Below are positions 42,168 through 51,303 of a DNA stretch of 64,000 nucleotides, piece after piece. Below the pieces are notes generated by a model. It worked only from the letters and a program-made list of their open reading frames with translations. It made no database searches and was not told the DNA's origin. Position 1 is the first letter of the stretch, and every line of letters begins with the position of its first letter. The DNA lies in assembly GCA_963674705.1 (NCBI GenBank), contig OY771506.1, positions 2,560,001-2,624,000 on the forward strand, written 5' to 3'. The stretch comes from Phycisphaeraceae bacterium. GTDB lineage: Bacteria; Planctomycetota; Phycisphaerae; Phycisphaerales; Phycisphaeraceae. The translations under genes were made by a program, and so were the position numbers.

Positions 42168-43150
42168 GATGACGCTTTCCTCACAATGGCCACAAAGATT
42201 TTCAGTGCTACCATCAGCACAACCACCCAGATGATAATGGCAAAAAACCAACTACCTGCACTCGTGCCGCCACCGCTGCTGTGATTGGTGGTTGTGGTAT
42301 GTGTTGCGGCGGCATGGTTCGTATTGTGGGTGTTGGAAGTAGCCGTGGGATTCGTCCAGGCTTTTGAACTTTTGATCGGCTCATTGTTGCTCGTGGTCAA
42401 AGCAGTCAGCAGGCCTTCCGCCATGTTGTCGGGCAAGGCGGCGATCAATTCGAAGCTTTCGTCGTCTGTGGCCGTGTCGTCTACAGCCGATCCGATCTCC
42501 GCGACCGATTCCATGATGGCTTCACGCAACGCCTCGGCGTCATTAGCCCGACGGTAGTTGTGAACGCGGGTCGCCAGGGCATGATCGCCATCCATCGCGA
42601 CACCGATCACATCGATGACGATGCCGCGCGATAGCGCATCGGGCGTGAACTGCTGCACCTTACCCGAATCGCTTGCCTGGCCGTCCGTCACAATCAACAG
42701 GCGGTACGTACCGTAACCGTGCTGTTCGGTCCGTTTTTCCAAGAGCCGATCGGCGCCGATCCGGATGTATTCGCCTAACGGTGTTCCGCCATCGGGCCCA
42801 AGCCGCATCAGGTCTTTGGAAAACGTGCTTTTATCCAAAGGCCCAAGCGGGTAGACCCAGTCGCTTTTCTTGTTATTTCCGCTGAATACAAGCAAGCCGA
42901 CGTGCGTCTTCGGCTCGACCTGTTCCATGACATTCAATAACGCTTCCTTGGCAACTTCCATCTTACGTTTGTTGCTGCCGGGCATCATTTCCGCCATCGA
43001 GCCCGAGGCGTCCAGGATCACCACGATGTTGTCCACAGCATCTTCGTCAGGTGTATCCTGACCAATAGCTGCTGTGTTAAACAACATCACAACCACGCAG
43101 GTAAATATCGCCCACAATCGGTTGTTCTTTTTCAAGAGCGTGCTCATCAT
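42164..43150 (-). CDS. Exported von Willebrand factor A domain protein with C-terminal TM anchor
   Basis: Signal peptide; MIDAS DASGS, GGTP and VTDG; T/N/H-rich linker; C-terminal TM followed by RK. Confidence 0.88.
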   Translation of the reverse strand: MMSTLLKKNNRLWAIFTCVVVMLFNTAAIGQDTPDEDAVDNIVVILDASGSMAEMMPGSNKRKMEVAKEALLNVMEQVEPKTHVGLLVFSGNNKKSDWVYPLGPLDKSTFSKDLMRLGPDGGTPLGEYIRIGADRLLEKRTEQHGYGTYRLLIVTDGQASDSGKVQQFTPDALSRGIVIDVIGVAMDGDHALATRVHNYRRANDAEALREAIMESVAEIGSAVDDTATDDESFELIAALPDNMAEGLLTALTTSNNEPIKSSKAWTNPTATSNTHNTNHAAATHTTTTNHSSGGGTSAGSWFFAIIIWVVVLMVALKIFVAIVRKASS

Positions 43151-43180
43151 CCCGGATCCCTTCTTGTTGATGCACATCAA

Positions 43181-45007
43181 TTAGAAGTCGAAGTCACTCG
43201 GCCGAACCGCCTCGGCGGGCACCTTGATCAAGCGGAACTCGACTCGCATGTTCTGCTTGGCTTCGTTGAGATTCGTCGGCTTGGCGATCAACGGCTCGGA
43301 AACGCCCACACCCACCGGCTGGATCTGGCTGGCGTCCAGCGTCAGGCCCTGCGCCTTGGCGAAAGTCACGATCGCATCACGCACGGCTACCGCACGGGCC
43401 CGGGACAGGTTCAAAGCCGCCTGCATCGTTTCACGCGGATTATTCGAATCGCCATCGAATGCGCCGCTTTCAATCAGGTCGACAATCTTCTGGGTGTCCG
43501 TCAGATCGAGCGGGCGTTGATTGAAGTAATACTGCCAGTTCCCGCTTGAGCCGGACCGTTTGAGGATGCCTTTGCTAAGCCCCGCTTTCACCAGGTCAGA
43601 CAGTGTGCGCGTCGGATCGGAGTGGCCGCGGATCGCAATCACCGCGTTGCCGAACGTCGAGGCACTTTCCACCGCACGGCGGAACTCCGGCCCATAGACA
43701 TCCGCGCTGAACTCGTCCTGATTCGGCTCGAAGCTGATCGTAAACGCAACGATGACGTTCTCATCACCCTTGGCAAGATCGGGAAAATCTTCGACCGTCT
43801 CCGCCAGGATGCGGCCCTGTCCCGAACCGGTGACACGCTCAAGTCCGCCGAGTTTCGCGATCTTGTTGTAATCGAAGCTCGGTCCGAAGAAGCCCGCACG
43901 TTGCTTGGCATAACCCAGACTCACCGCCAGATCGAGTGCGGCACGCTGTTTGGCTTCGAAGCCCGACAGGTTGCCTTCATCTTCATAGAAAGAGATGTTA
44001 CCCGGCAGGCCGACAAACGTGCAGTCCAACAGCAGGCCGTGTGCATCGACTTCCAGCGTCGGCAGCACTTCTTCACCGAGGATCTGCTGTGCAAGTTTCA
44101 GCGTATCCATGTAGCCGTCTGCGCTGCCGGTTTCCTCGAACTTGTTACGCATCGCTACGAGCTGCTCGGCTCCTTTGAAGTAGCCGGCGACAAACTTCTC
44201 AACCAGCTCACGATTCGCATCGAAGTAATCTTTACGCACCGCATAGACATCCGCGATCGATCGACTCATCTGCGCGGTCGAGATCAGCACGTGTGCGCCT
44301 TTGATCGTGCCCTCCGCGCCGCTGCCGGTCTGTTCCAACCCACCGGTCAGGCCGATCATGTCCGGCGTGATCACGCAGCAGGCGTCGATCGACTTATCCT
44401 TACGCATCAACTCCGCCGGTCCGTTGGGTCCCGACAAATCGTCAACCCAGACAACTTCGATGTCGTCCCATGTCAATTGCGCAACACGCAACGCATCGTC
44501 CAGCATGCCAACGTGTGGCCCGCCCTGTTGCAGCGCGACCTTGGAACCTTTGAGTTGTTCGAGCCGTGTCAGGCCTTCACGTGACACGATGTGGTCACCC
44601 GCTGACCACGTCAGTTGCATAAAGACGACCGGCTTGGTCCGTGGATCGGAACCCAGCACTTCCGATGCCTGGCCGATCATGCGCAGCGTCCCCCGGAGGA
44701 ACGGCGTGTCACCTTGCCGGTATCGACGGACCTGCTCGATAAAGTCGTCGCCGTTGACCAGCTTGAGTTTCAGCCCGAGTTTGCCGTAGATGCTGTCGGA
44801 TGATGTGGTCACGCCGCCGTTGGCGTAGAACGTCGCCACGTCGCCGCCCCAGGTGATGAAAGGCACCTCGATGGTGTCGGTATTCTTGACCGAGCCCACC
44901 CGCACATCACCGACCAGATCGGAGAACGGCTGGGCGTTTGCCAGCGAACCGGTAATCAGGAATTGGACAGCGAGGCAGAGGACGACAAGCTGACGCACAA
45001 ATCGCAT
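43181..45007 (-). CDS. Exported substrate-binding protein fused to an OmpA-like domain
   Basis: Signal peptide MRFVRQLV...ANA; ITWGGD, TWSAGDHIV and IADV SBP motifs; RGHSD...LSRARA...NMRVEF OmpA motifs; RBS GGAAAGGA. Confidence 0.85.
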   Translation of the reverse strand: MRFVRQLVVLCLAVQFLITGSLANAQPFSDLVGDVRVGSVKNTDTIEVPFITWGGDVATFYANGGVTTSSDSIYGKLGLKLKLVNGDDFIEQVRRYRQGDTPFLRGTLRMIGQASEVLGSDPRTKPVVFMQLTWSAGDHIVSREGLTRLEQLKGSKVALQQGGPHVGMLDDALRVAQLTWDDIEVVWVDDLSGPNGPAELMRKDKSIDACCVITPDMIGLTGGLEQTGSGAEGTIKGAHVLISTAQMSRSIADVYAVRKDYFDANRELVEKFVAGYFKGAEQLVAMRNKFEETGSADGYMDTLKLAQQILGEEVLPTLEVDAHGLLLDCTFVGLPGNISFYEDEGNLSGFEAKQRAALDLAVSLGYAKQRAGFFGPSFDYNKIAKLGGLERVTGSGQGRILAETVEDFPDLAKGDENVIVAFTISFEPNQDEFSADVYGPEFRRAVESASTFGNAVIAIRGHSDPTRTLSDLVKAGLSKGILKRSGSSGNWQYYFNQRPLDLTDTQKIVDLIESGAFDGDSNNPRETMQAALNLSRARAVAVRDAIVTFAKAQGLTLDASQIQPVGVGVSEPLIAKPTNLNEAKQNMRVEFRLIKVPAEAVRPSDFDF

Positions 45008-45251
45008 CGGTGTTTCCTTTCCCGCCGGGCGTTGGAATCCCCTTGTAAGTCGATATGGGTCCCGACGATCGGGCATCATTGTATCGGAACTGGGCAAGCT
45101 TTGAGGCTGCTTTCGCATGTCTAGAACACGACGGCCCGGTTTTGTCAGGAATGAGACGTCGATGCTGTAGCATTTCACGGAAGTGGCGATGCGACATCCC
45201 AAAATTGGACCAAAGCAGATACATAACCCGGAAACGGTTCTGGAACTGAAA

Positions 45252-45323
45252 AGCGGGTGAAGGGGCTCGAACCCTCAACATTCAGCTTGGGAAGCTGACA
45301 CTCTACCATTGAGTTACACCCGC
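45252..45323 (-). tRNA. tRNA-Gly (anticodon CCC), CCA not encoded
   Basis: Reverse complement GCGGGTGTAACTCAATGGTAGAGTGTCAGCTTCCCAAGCTGAATGTTGAGGGTTCGAGCCCCTTCACCCGCT folds as a cloverleaf. Confidence 0.97.
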
Positions 45324-45337
45324 ATGGCAGGGATGTG

Positions 45338-45367
45338 ATTCTAGCACCTGTCATGGCGGGGACGCAA
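45338..45367 (-). promoter_or_regulatory. Probable sigma70 promoter of the tRNA (TTGCGT-N18-TAGAAT, extended -10)
   Basis: Motif lies 14 bp upstream of the tRNA 5' end. Confidence 0.55.
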
Positions 45368-45588
45368 GGCTTATGTGTGCGGGTTTAATTATCGGGGGAA
45401 CGTGCTTTTGCTGTCACTGCCACGAAATCAGGCAGATTCTCCCCAAGTTATGGATTTTTCTGCCCGCAAGTTCAGCAGTTACTTGTGCTCGATGATGTCG
45501 GTCAGGAAGCTGAGATATCCGCCACTGATGTGAGGCATCAGGCAGTAGTCACAAGATCCTGGCAACGAAATGGCCGGGGATGTCGGCC

Positions 45589-46026
45589 TTACACCCAAAC
45601 GCTTATAAACAGCGCATCCTCGGTCCGCTTGCCGACCAATTGCCCGATCGATTGACTGACGAACTTCACTTCATATTCCGGGTGGTTGTCCAGCCAGTTG
45701 TTGACCTGTTCATCCAGGTGTTCGATCGCGTCCAACCGCAGCTTCGCGACAAAAGTCTTGACGTGAATCGCGCCGGTATTGGTTACATTCGGCGTGCGTT
45801 TCCAATGTTCGACATGCGGCTTGCGCGTGTCGAAGGTGCGGATCTTGTTTGATCCAACGATGCTGGAAGACTCGGTCGGCACTTCGTCCAACTCGATCGG
45901 CTCCATGGCGTCGGCATCGTGGTCCGTCGTGTCGTTCTCTTCCGCTTCGTTGATATCGATCGGGATCGCGTTAGCCAGTAATTGTTCCTCGCTGACGTGT
46001 TCTTGAGAATGGGACTGGTCAGTCAT
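45589..46026 (-). CDS. Hypothetical protein (acidic N-terminus, compact C-terminal domain)
   Basis: RBS GGGAGG; 145-aa ORF with KTFVAKL..LDEQVNNWLDNHPEYEVKF. Confidence 0.75.
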   Translation of the reverse strand: MTDQSHSQEHVSEEQLLANAIPIDINEAEENDTTDHDADAMEPIELDEVPTESSSIVGSNKIRTFDTRKPHVEHWKRTPNVTNTGAIHVKTFVAKLRLDAIEHLDEQVNNWLDNHPEYEVKFVSQSIGQLVGKRTEDALFISVWV

Positions 46027-46154
46027 CGGAACCTCCCTTGAGTTGAATCTATCCGAAAAAGAGGTGCTCTATGGCGACTTGCACCTTTACTCTATCCCCA
46101 ACCAAGGCCGCCTACAAGCATTAATCGTGTTTCCAGACCGTTTTACAACAAAGA

Positions 46155-46538
46155 TCAAAAGACCACACGCCCGCGCCAGTTCATATCCGTCTTCTGCATC
46201 AATTCGGTCTGTCCATCAAAGCCCTGCATGTGCACATCCAGCAGCATCCGGCCATCGCGCCAGAGTCTGATTACCACACTACCTTGATCAACGCGTATCA
46301 CCGATCCACGATTTCCACTGATCGGCCCTTGATATGACAAATACGCACGCCGATGGGTTGGCAACTCCATCAGGTCGAATTTTTCAGCCCTCCGCCATGA
46401 CCTGCTTGGTAGTCCAACCCTCGCGGTCCACAGACCGCTAGCCGGATCACACACATAGCCCGGACTGCCGATCAGCCAGTCGTAATGGCTGCCGGAGCGT
46501 GTCGTGTGCATCAGCAGGGCGGTAGGGACGGTGAGCAT
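46155..46538 (-). CDS. Stand-alone LigD 3'-phosphoesterase-like domain protein
   Basis: H....SHYDW and HRRAYLSYQGPISGNRGSV...D.G resemble the LigD PE His/Asp/Tyr motifs. Confidence 0.6.
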   Translation of the reverse strand: MLTVPTALLMHTTRSGSHYDWLIGSPGYVCDPASGLWTARVGLPSRSWRRAEKFDLMELPTHRRAYLSYQGPISGNRGSVIRVDQGSVVIRLWRDGRMLLDVHMQGFDGQTELMQKTDMNWRGRVVF

Positions 46539-46705
46539 ATCCGTGGATCGTCCGGCAAGCAGGTCCTGCGGTCAATCTCAGGCCCGATAGCTCGCGTGGC
46601 TTGCCTAAAACGTGTAGAACGGCGATCTTATTCAGCATCTGCCGATACTATTAGTCATCGGCTGCTCGAAATACGCTACGAACCTTCCTCTAGAAGGGAT
46701 TATTC

Positions 46706-47413
46706 ATGACGATCAGGGAAAAGAAGACCATTCACGCCACACGCCTCACCGCGATTCTCAGCCTCTGCCTTGGGCTGCTGCTTATTACCGGCTGTCGCAC
46801 CGCCTTGGATATCCGCAATGAGGGCGTCGCCGCCCTGAATCGAGGCCAGAACGAGCTGGCTGTGCAGAAGTTCACCGAGGCTGTGGAACGTGATCCCAGT
46901 AGCGCCCGCAACCACTATCAGCTTGGTCGGGGTTATTTAGCCGTAAACGAGAACGTCAAGGCCCAGTATGAGCTGGAAAAAGCCCTCGCCTTACGCCCGA
47001 ATGAACCCGAGTTGACCCCCGACATCCTCGATAGCCTGGCAGAGGCCATTTATCGCCAGGATATGACCGCCAATCTCTACGCCTTCCTCGAAAAGCAGGT
47101 CAAGGACTTCGGCACCACCCGCGATTACCTGCGTCAGGGTAAGTATCTAGCCAAGGCAGGCGATCCGGACGCCGCACGCCTGGCCTTCCGTAAGGGGGCA
47201 TACTTCGCCGCCCCGAACGACCCCGAGCCCTACATCGCCATCGCTGACTTCTACACCGCCATAGGAGACCAGCCCGAGGCCGTTACCGCCCTGCGATACG
47301 CCAACTACGTCGATCCCGGCAACCGGGATGTCGCCGAGCGACTGCGCCAATTCGGCATCGTCCCCGGCCCCACGGTGACCGAGGCCCCGCCGAAGCCGGA
47401 CCTGCTGAAGTAG
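46706..47413 (+). CDS. TPR-repeat lipoprotein
   Basis: Lipobox LITGC; TPR-like helices (A...F..A...DP, LG..Y). Confidence 0.8.
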   Translation: MTIREKKTIHATRLTAILSLCLGLLLITGCRTALDIRNEGVAALNRGQNELAVQKFTEAVERDPSSARNHYQLGRGYLAVNENVKAQYELEKALALRPNEPELTPDILDSLAEAIYRQDMTANLYAFLEKQVKDFGTTRDYLRQGKYLAKAGDPDAARLAFRKGAYFAAPNDPEPYIAIADFYTAIGDQPEAVTALRYANYVDPGNRDVAERLRQFGIVPGPTVTEAPPKPDLLK

Positions 47414-47418
47414 GTTTT

Positions 47419-47517
47419 GGGCCTCGTCTGCGTTGCGGACGGGCTGTTGTGTTGAAATTGTACATTTTTCGGACAGTGTTCTACTTCAAAGTATTAGCCC
47501 GTCCGCAACGCGGACGA
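47419..47517. repeat. REPIN-like element, copy 1 (inverted REP pair around a spacer)
   Basis: GCCTCGTCTGCGTTGCGGACGGGCT...TAGCCCGTCCGCAACGCGGACGA; nearly identical to 48021-48122. Confidence 0.88.
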
Positions 47518-47537
47518 AGTTATGAATAGGGGGGCAC

Positions 47538-48020
47538 ATGCCGGTATATCTGTTTACTTACCATGCATATGGTTCGTGGTTACCGGACCGTAAACGTGGC
47601 TATACGCGCAAGAAAGAAGGCGTTCTCCCGCCCGATCCGGTTATGGCTAAGCACTACCGTGAAAAGATGTCCCAGTCTCCGGCCAGTTTCTCAACCAGTA
47701 TTCAAAAGATTCAAATCGAGGAATTGATCATTGCCTGTGATTGTCAATGCTACGAATTGAGAGCGGTTGCGACCGACTCAAGCCACCTGCATGTTCTGGC
47801 CAGTTGGCGTACGACCCGTTCCTGGCGACGTGTTCGTTCGGGCTTACAGCATTCACTGAGCCGTCGCTTGAATCAAGATGTCTGTAAACGTACATGGTTC
47901 GTGGCTCATCCAAGCCGTAAGCGTGTCAAGGACAGGCAGCACTACAATTATCTGCTGAGTACGTATTTACCTGACCACCGAGGCTGGAAGTGGGATCGCA
48001 GGCGTGGGGCTTATCGTTAG
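47538..48020 (+). mobile_element. REP-associated tyrosine transposase (RAYT, IS200/IS605 Y1 HUH family)
   Basis: YLFTYHAYGSWLP N-terminus, HLH HUH motif, C-terminal Tyr helix; flanked by REP hairpins. Confidence 0.82.
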
Positions 48021-48122
48021 GGGCCTCGTCCGCGTTGCGGACGGGCTATTGTGTTGAAATGGTACATTTTTCGGACAGTGTTCTACTTCAAAGTATTAGC
48101 CCGTCCGCAACGCGGACGAGGC
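48021..48122. repeat. REPIN-like element, copy 2
   Basis: GCCTCGTCCGCGTTGCGGACGGGCTA...TAGCCCGTCCGCAACGCGGACGAGGC perfect inverted termini. Confidence 0.88.
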
Positions 48123-48303
48123 GATTGTAATAAACTGCAAGATTATATAACCGCATGAACCTGAAAGGTTTAAAGCGAAAACTATTTATATATTGTCCGC
48201 GGCGGTTCGCCGCGCGTTTGACGAAGGGCTACCATACCGGCTTGTGGATCGGCTCACGGATGGGCCGCCGGGAATCCTTTAGACCTGGGCTTGAAGCGGT
48301 TTC

Positions 48304-49647
48304 ATGAATATCGTCATCTGTGGAGCGGGTGAGGTCGGTCGGCACTGTGCCGAGGTCCTCGCCGCACAAGGCCACAACATTACCGTCATCGATCAGCTCA
48401 ACGAGAAACTCGAAGAGCTCGACGAAATCCTCGATGTCCGCAACCTCGAAGGCAACGCGGTCCACGCTGATATCCTTCTGGAGGCCGGCGCCGCCAAGGC
48501 CGACCTCGTCATCGCCGCCATGGACAGCGATGAGTTGAACCTGCTCTCCGCTTCCATCGCCAAGGCCCTCGGCGCCGCCAAGGTCATCGCCCGTATCCAT
48601 CACTCCGCCTACTTTGAACGGCGTGGCATGGACTATGCCCGCCACTTCGGGATCGACCACGTCGTCTGCCCCGAGTTCTCTACCGCCTTGGCCATCGCCT
48701 CCACTCTCCGCAGCCCCGGCTCTCTCGCGATCGAGCAGTTCGCACGTGGGCAGGTCGAGATGCAGCAGTTCCCCGTCTCCGACAGCGCCAAAGCGATCGG
48801 TAACAAACTGGCATCCCTGAAGCTGCCCGCCTCATCCCGCCTCGCCGCGGTTGAACGGCAGGGCCAGGCCTTCCTGCCCAGCGCGGACACCATGATCGAA
48901 AAAGGCGACATCGTCACGCTCATCGGTGAGGCCTCCGGCTTCGACAAGGCCCGGAAGATCTTCGACACCGAAACCAGCAACAACCGACGCGTCATGATCC
49001 TGGGCGGCACCTCCCAGTGTGTCTGGGTCTGCCGAGCCCTCAAGGACCGTGGTTTCTCGATCCGTGTTTTTGAAACCAATGAAGCACGGGCCGAGGTGCT
49101 TGCTGAGAAGCTCGACTGGTGCACCATCCTGCACACCGACGCGATCAACACCGACGCCTTGATGGATGAGCGTGTCGACCTGGCCGACGTCTTCATCGCG
49201 CTGACCGAAGACGAGGAGCGAAATATCCTCGCCGCCGCCCGCGCCAAGAGCATGGGCGTTAAGAGTGCGGTGGCCCTGCTGCAGCGCCCGACTTACCAGC
49301 ACCTGCTGGGACACATCGGCATCGACAAGTCCTTTAGCCCGCGCAGCAGTGCGGTGACCGAAGTCCTGCGTCTGATGGAGACAGGGCCGATCAAGCACCT
49401 GGCGACCATGGCCGAGAAAATCGCGGAAGTGTACGAATTGAAAGTCCCGGCCGGGGAAGGCAAAGCCGTCAACCGCCCGCTCAAAGAGATCAAACTACCC
49501 GCCAACACGATGCTTGCCGCGGTTCAACGTGACGACGAGGTTTTCATCCCCGGAGCCGACAGCCAGATCGAGCCCGGTGACACCGTCATCGCCATCGCCC
49601 CCGCCGCCGCCAAGAAAGAACTACGCAAACTTTTCATCGGCAAGTAG
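48304..49647 (+). CDS. trkA: Trk potassium uptake system regulatory protein TrkA
   Basis: MNIVICGAGEVG Rossmann motif; tandem RCK N/C domains; 447 aa. Confidence 0.95.
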   Translation: MNIVICGAGEVGRHCAEVLAAQGHNITVIDQLNEKLEELDEILDVRNLEGNAVHADILLEAGAAKADLVIAAMDSDELNLLSASIAKALGAAKVIARIHHSAYFERRGMDYARHFGIDHVVCPEFSTALAIASTLRSPGSLAIEQFARGQVEMQQFPVSDSAKAIGNKLASLKLPASSRLAAVERQGQAFLPSADTMIEKGDIVTLIGEASGFDKARKIFDTETSNNRRVMILGGTSQCVWVCRALKDRGFSIRVFETNEARAEVLAEKLDWCTILHTDAINTDALMDERVDLADVFIALTEDEERNILAAARAKSMGVKSAVALLQRPTYQHLLGHIGIDKSFSPRSSAVTEVLRLMETGPIKHLATMAEKIAEVYELKVPAGEGKAVNRPLKEIKLPANTMLAAVQRDDEVFIPGADSQIEPGDTVIAIAPAAAKKELRKLFIGK

Positions 49648-49693
49648 AGACACAAAGCAGTTAGCCATCAGCCCTTAGCTAATGGCTTCTGTC

Positions 49694-49721
49694 TACACCC
49701 TACACCCTAAACCCTACACCC
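49694..49721 (+). repeat. Heptamer tandem repeat (TACACCC)x4, one variant unit
   Basis: TACACCC TACACCC TAAACCC TACACCC directly before the trkH start. Confidence 0.85.
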
Positions 49722-49727
49722 TGCCCC

Positions 49728-51269
49728 ATGAACATCCGTTACGTCATCCGTGAACTCGGCCTGGTCATGATCGTGCTGTGCCTTTGCATGATCGCGGTCA
49801 TGGGCTGGTCTGCATGGGAGTGGGCGGGGGGCAACTCAGAAGAAAAAGTCGCAACACTTTCGATGCTGATGGGCGCAGCGCTGGGTGCGGTGCTGGGTTT
49901 GTTCTGTTGGCTGTTCGGCAGTCGAAGCGGTAAGGATTATCTCGGACAGCGAGAGGCTTTGCTCCTGGTGACGACATCCTGGTTTCTCGCCGCGGCCGTT
50001 GCCTGTCTGCCGTATTACCTGTGGGCATGGCTCGAAGAAGGCGCCGGGGCAAGCCACCCCTTCGCTTCGTTTATCTCCTGTTACTTCGAGTCAGTGAGTG
50101 GCCTGACAACCACCGGAGCAACCATCCTCAGCGATGTCGACATGATTCCCAAGAGCCTGCTGCTCTGGCGTGCAACGACGCACTGGCTGGGCGGGCTTGG
50201 CATCGTCGTGTTATTCGTCGCGATCCTGCCTACGTTGGGTGTCAGTGGTAAACGACTGTTTCAGGCGGAAGTCCCCGGACCGCAGCAGGACGGCGTACGC
50301 CCACGCATCCGTGAAACCGCTCGCATCCTCTGGCTGATCTACCTCGGCCTGACTATCGTGCAGGTCCTGATGTTGAAAGTTGCCGGCATGAACTGGTTCG
50401 ACTCGATCTGCCACACCTTCGCTACACTCGCCACCGGCGGCTTCGGCACACACAACGCCAGTGTCGGCTATTACGACAACTGGAAGATCGAGATGATCAT
50501 CTTTGTCTTTATGGTGATCGCGGGCATCAACTTCGGTTTGTATTACAACCTCGTCCGGGGTCGCTGGCGCATGGCGGTGCGCGACCCGCAGATGATTGTC
50601 TACCTCTGCATGCTGGGCGTATCCATCGCGGTGATCGCCGGGTATCTCTACGGCCATACCATCACACTTACCACCGGCCAGGAACGTGAGGTCGGCGTGC
50701 TCGGTGCACTGCGTTACAGCTCGTTCCAGGTCGGCTCGATCCATAGTGATTGCGGCTTCGCGACCGCGGATTACGATCAATGGTCTTACCTGCCGAAAAC
50801 CATTCTCATGCTGGGTATGTTCTTCGGCGGTTGTGCCGGTTCAACCAGCGGCGGACTGAAAATCAGCAGGCTTATCGTGCTGTTCAAACTCATCGCGGCG
50901 GATATCGAGCGTGCGTTTAGGCCGAGTGTGGTTAGAACCGTCCGGGTCGGCGATGATGTGGTAGACCAGGCTGAACGTCAATCGGTTTTGATGTACACCG
51001 TTCTGACAATCTTGGTGCTCGGTATCGCAACCATTGTGGTTCGAGTGGTCGAAGATAGTGCAGGGCTCAGCCTGACCGAATCCGGCTCAGCGGTATTAGC
51101 CTGCTTCACCAATTGCGGGCCGGGGTTGGGTATCGTTGGACCGACGGGGAACTTCGGTGTACTGCATTTATTCACTCAGGCATTACTCTGTATCGTGATG
51201 GTGTTGGGTCGACTCGAAGTCTATGCGGTACTGGTCCTGCTCAGGCCCGCATTTTGGCTGGCTGACTGA
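49728..51269 (+). CDS. trkH: Trk potassium uptake membrane protein TrkH (copy 1, atypical filter)
   Basis: FESVSGLTTTGAT, WLGGLGIVV, TLATGGF, GGCAGSTSGGLK and GRLE motifs. Confidence 0.92.
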   Translation: MNIRYVIRELGLVMIVLCLCMIAVMGWSAWEWAGGNSEEKVATLSMLMGAALGAVLGLFCWLFGSRSGKDYLGQREALLLVTTSWFLAAAVACLPYYLWAWLEEGAGASHPFASFISCYFESVSGLTTTGATILSDVDMIPKSLLLWRATTHWLGGLGIVVLFVAILPTLGVSGKRLFQAEVPGPQQDGVRPRIRETARILWLIYLGLTIVQVLMLKVAGMNWFDSICHTFATLATGGFGTHNASVGYYDNWKIEMIIFVFMVIAGINFGLYYNLVRGRWRMAVRDPQMIVYLCMLGVSIAVIAGYLYGHTITLTTGQEREVGVLGALRYSSFQVGSIHSDCGFATADYDQWSYLPKTILMLGMFFGGCAGSTSGGLKISRLIVLFKLIAADIERAFRPSVVRTVRVGDDVVDQAERQSVLMYTVLTILVLGIATIVVRVVEDSAGLSLTESGSAVLACFTNCGPGLGIVGPTGNFGVLHLFTQALLCIVMVLGRLEVYAVLVLLRPAFWLAD

Positions 51270-51303
51270 TTACGAACGAATCATAAAGTCTTAGCTTAAA
51301 TAT

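Noticed and set aside
45008..45202. Longer start for the SBP-OmpA gene
   Set aside because: An RBS and signal peptide support ATG at 45007
33950..45323. Genomic island integrated at the tRNA-Gly 3' end
   Set aside because: The operon lies downstream of the tRNA, but no integrase or duplicated tRNA 3' end was seen and composition looks host-like
46600..46650. Additional sigma28-like promoter (GCCGATAC) before the TPR gene
   Set aside because: No TAAA/TAAG at the 15-bp spacing
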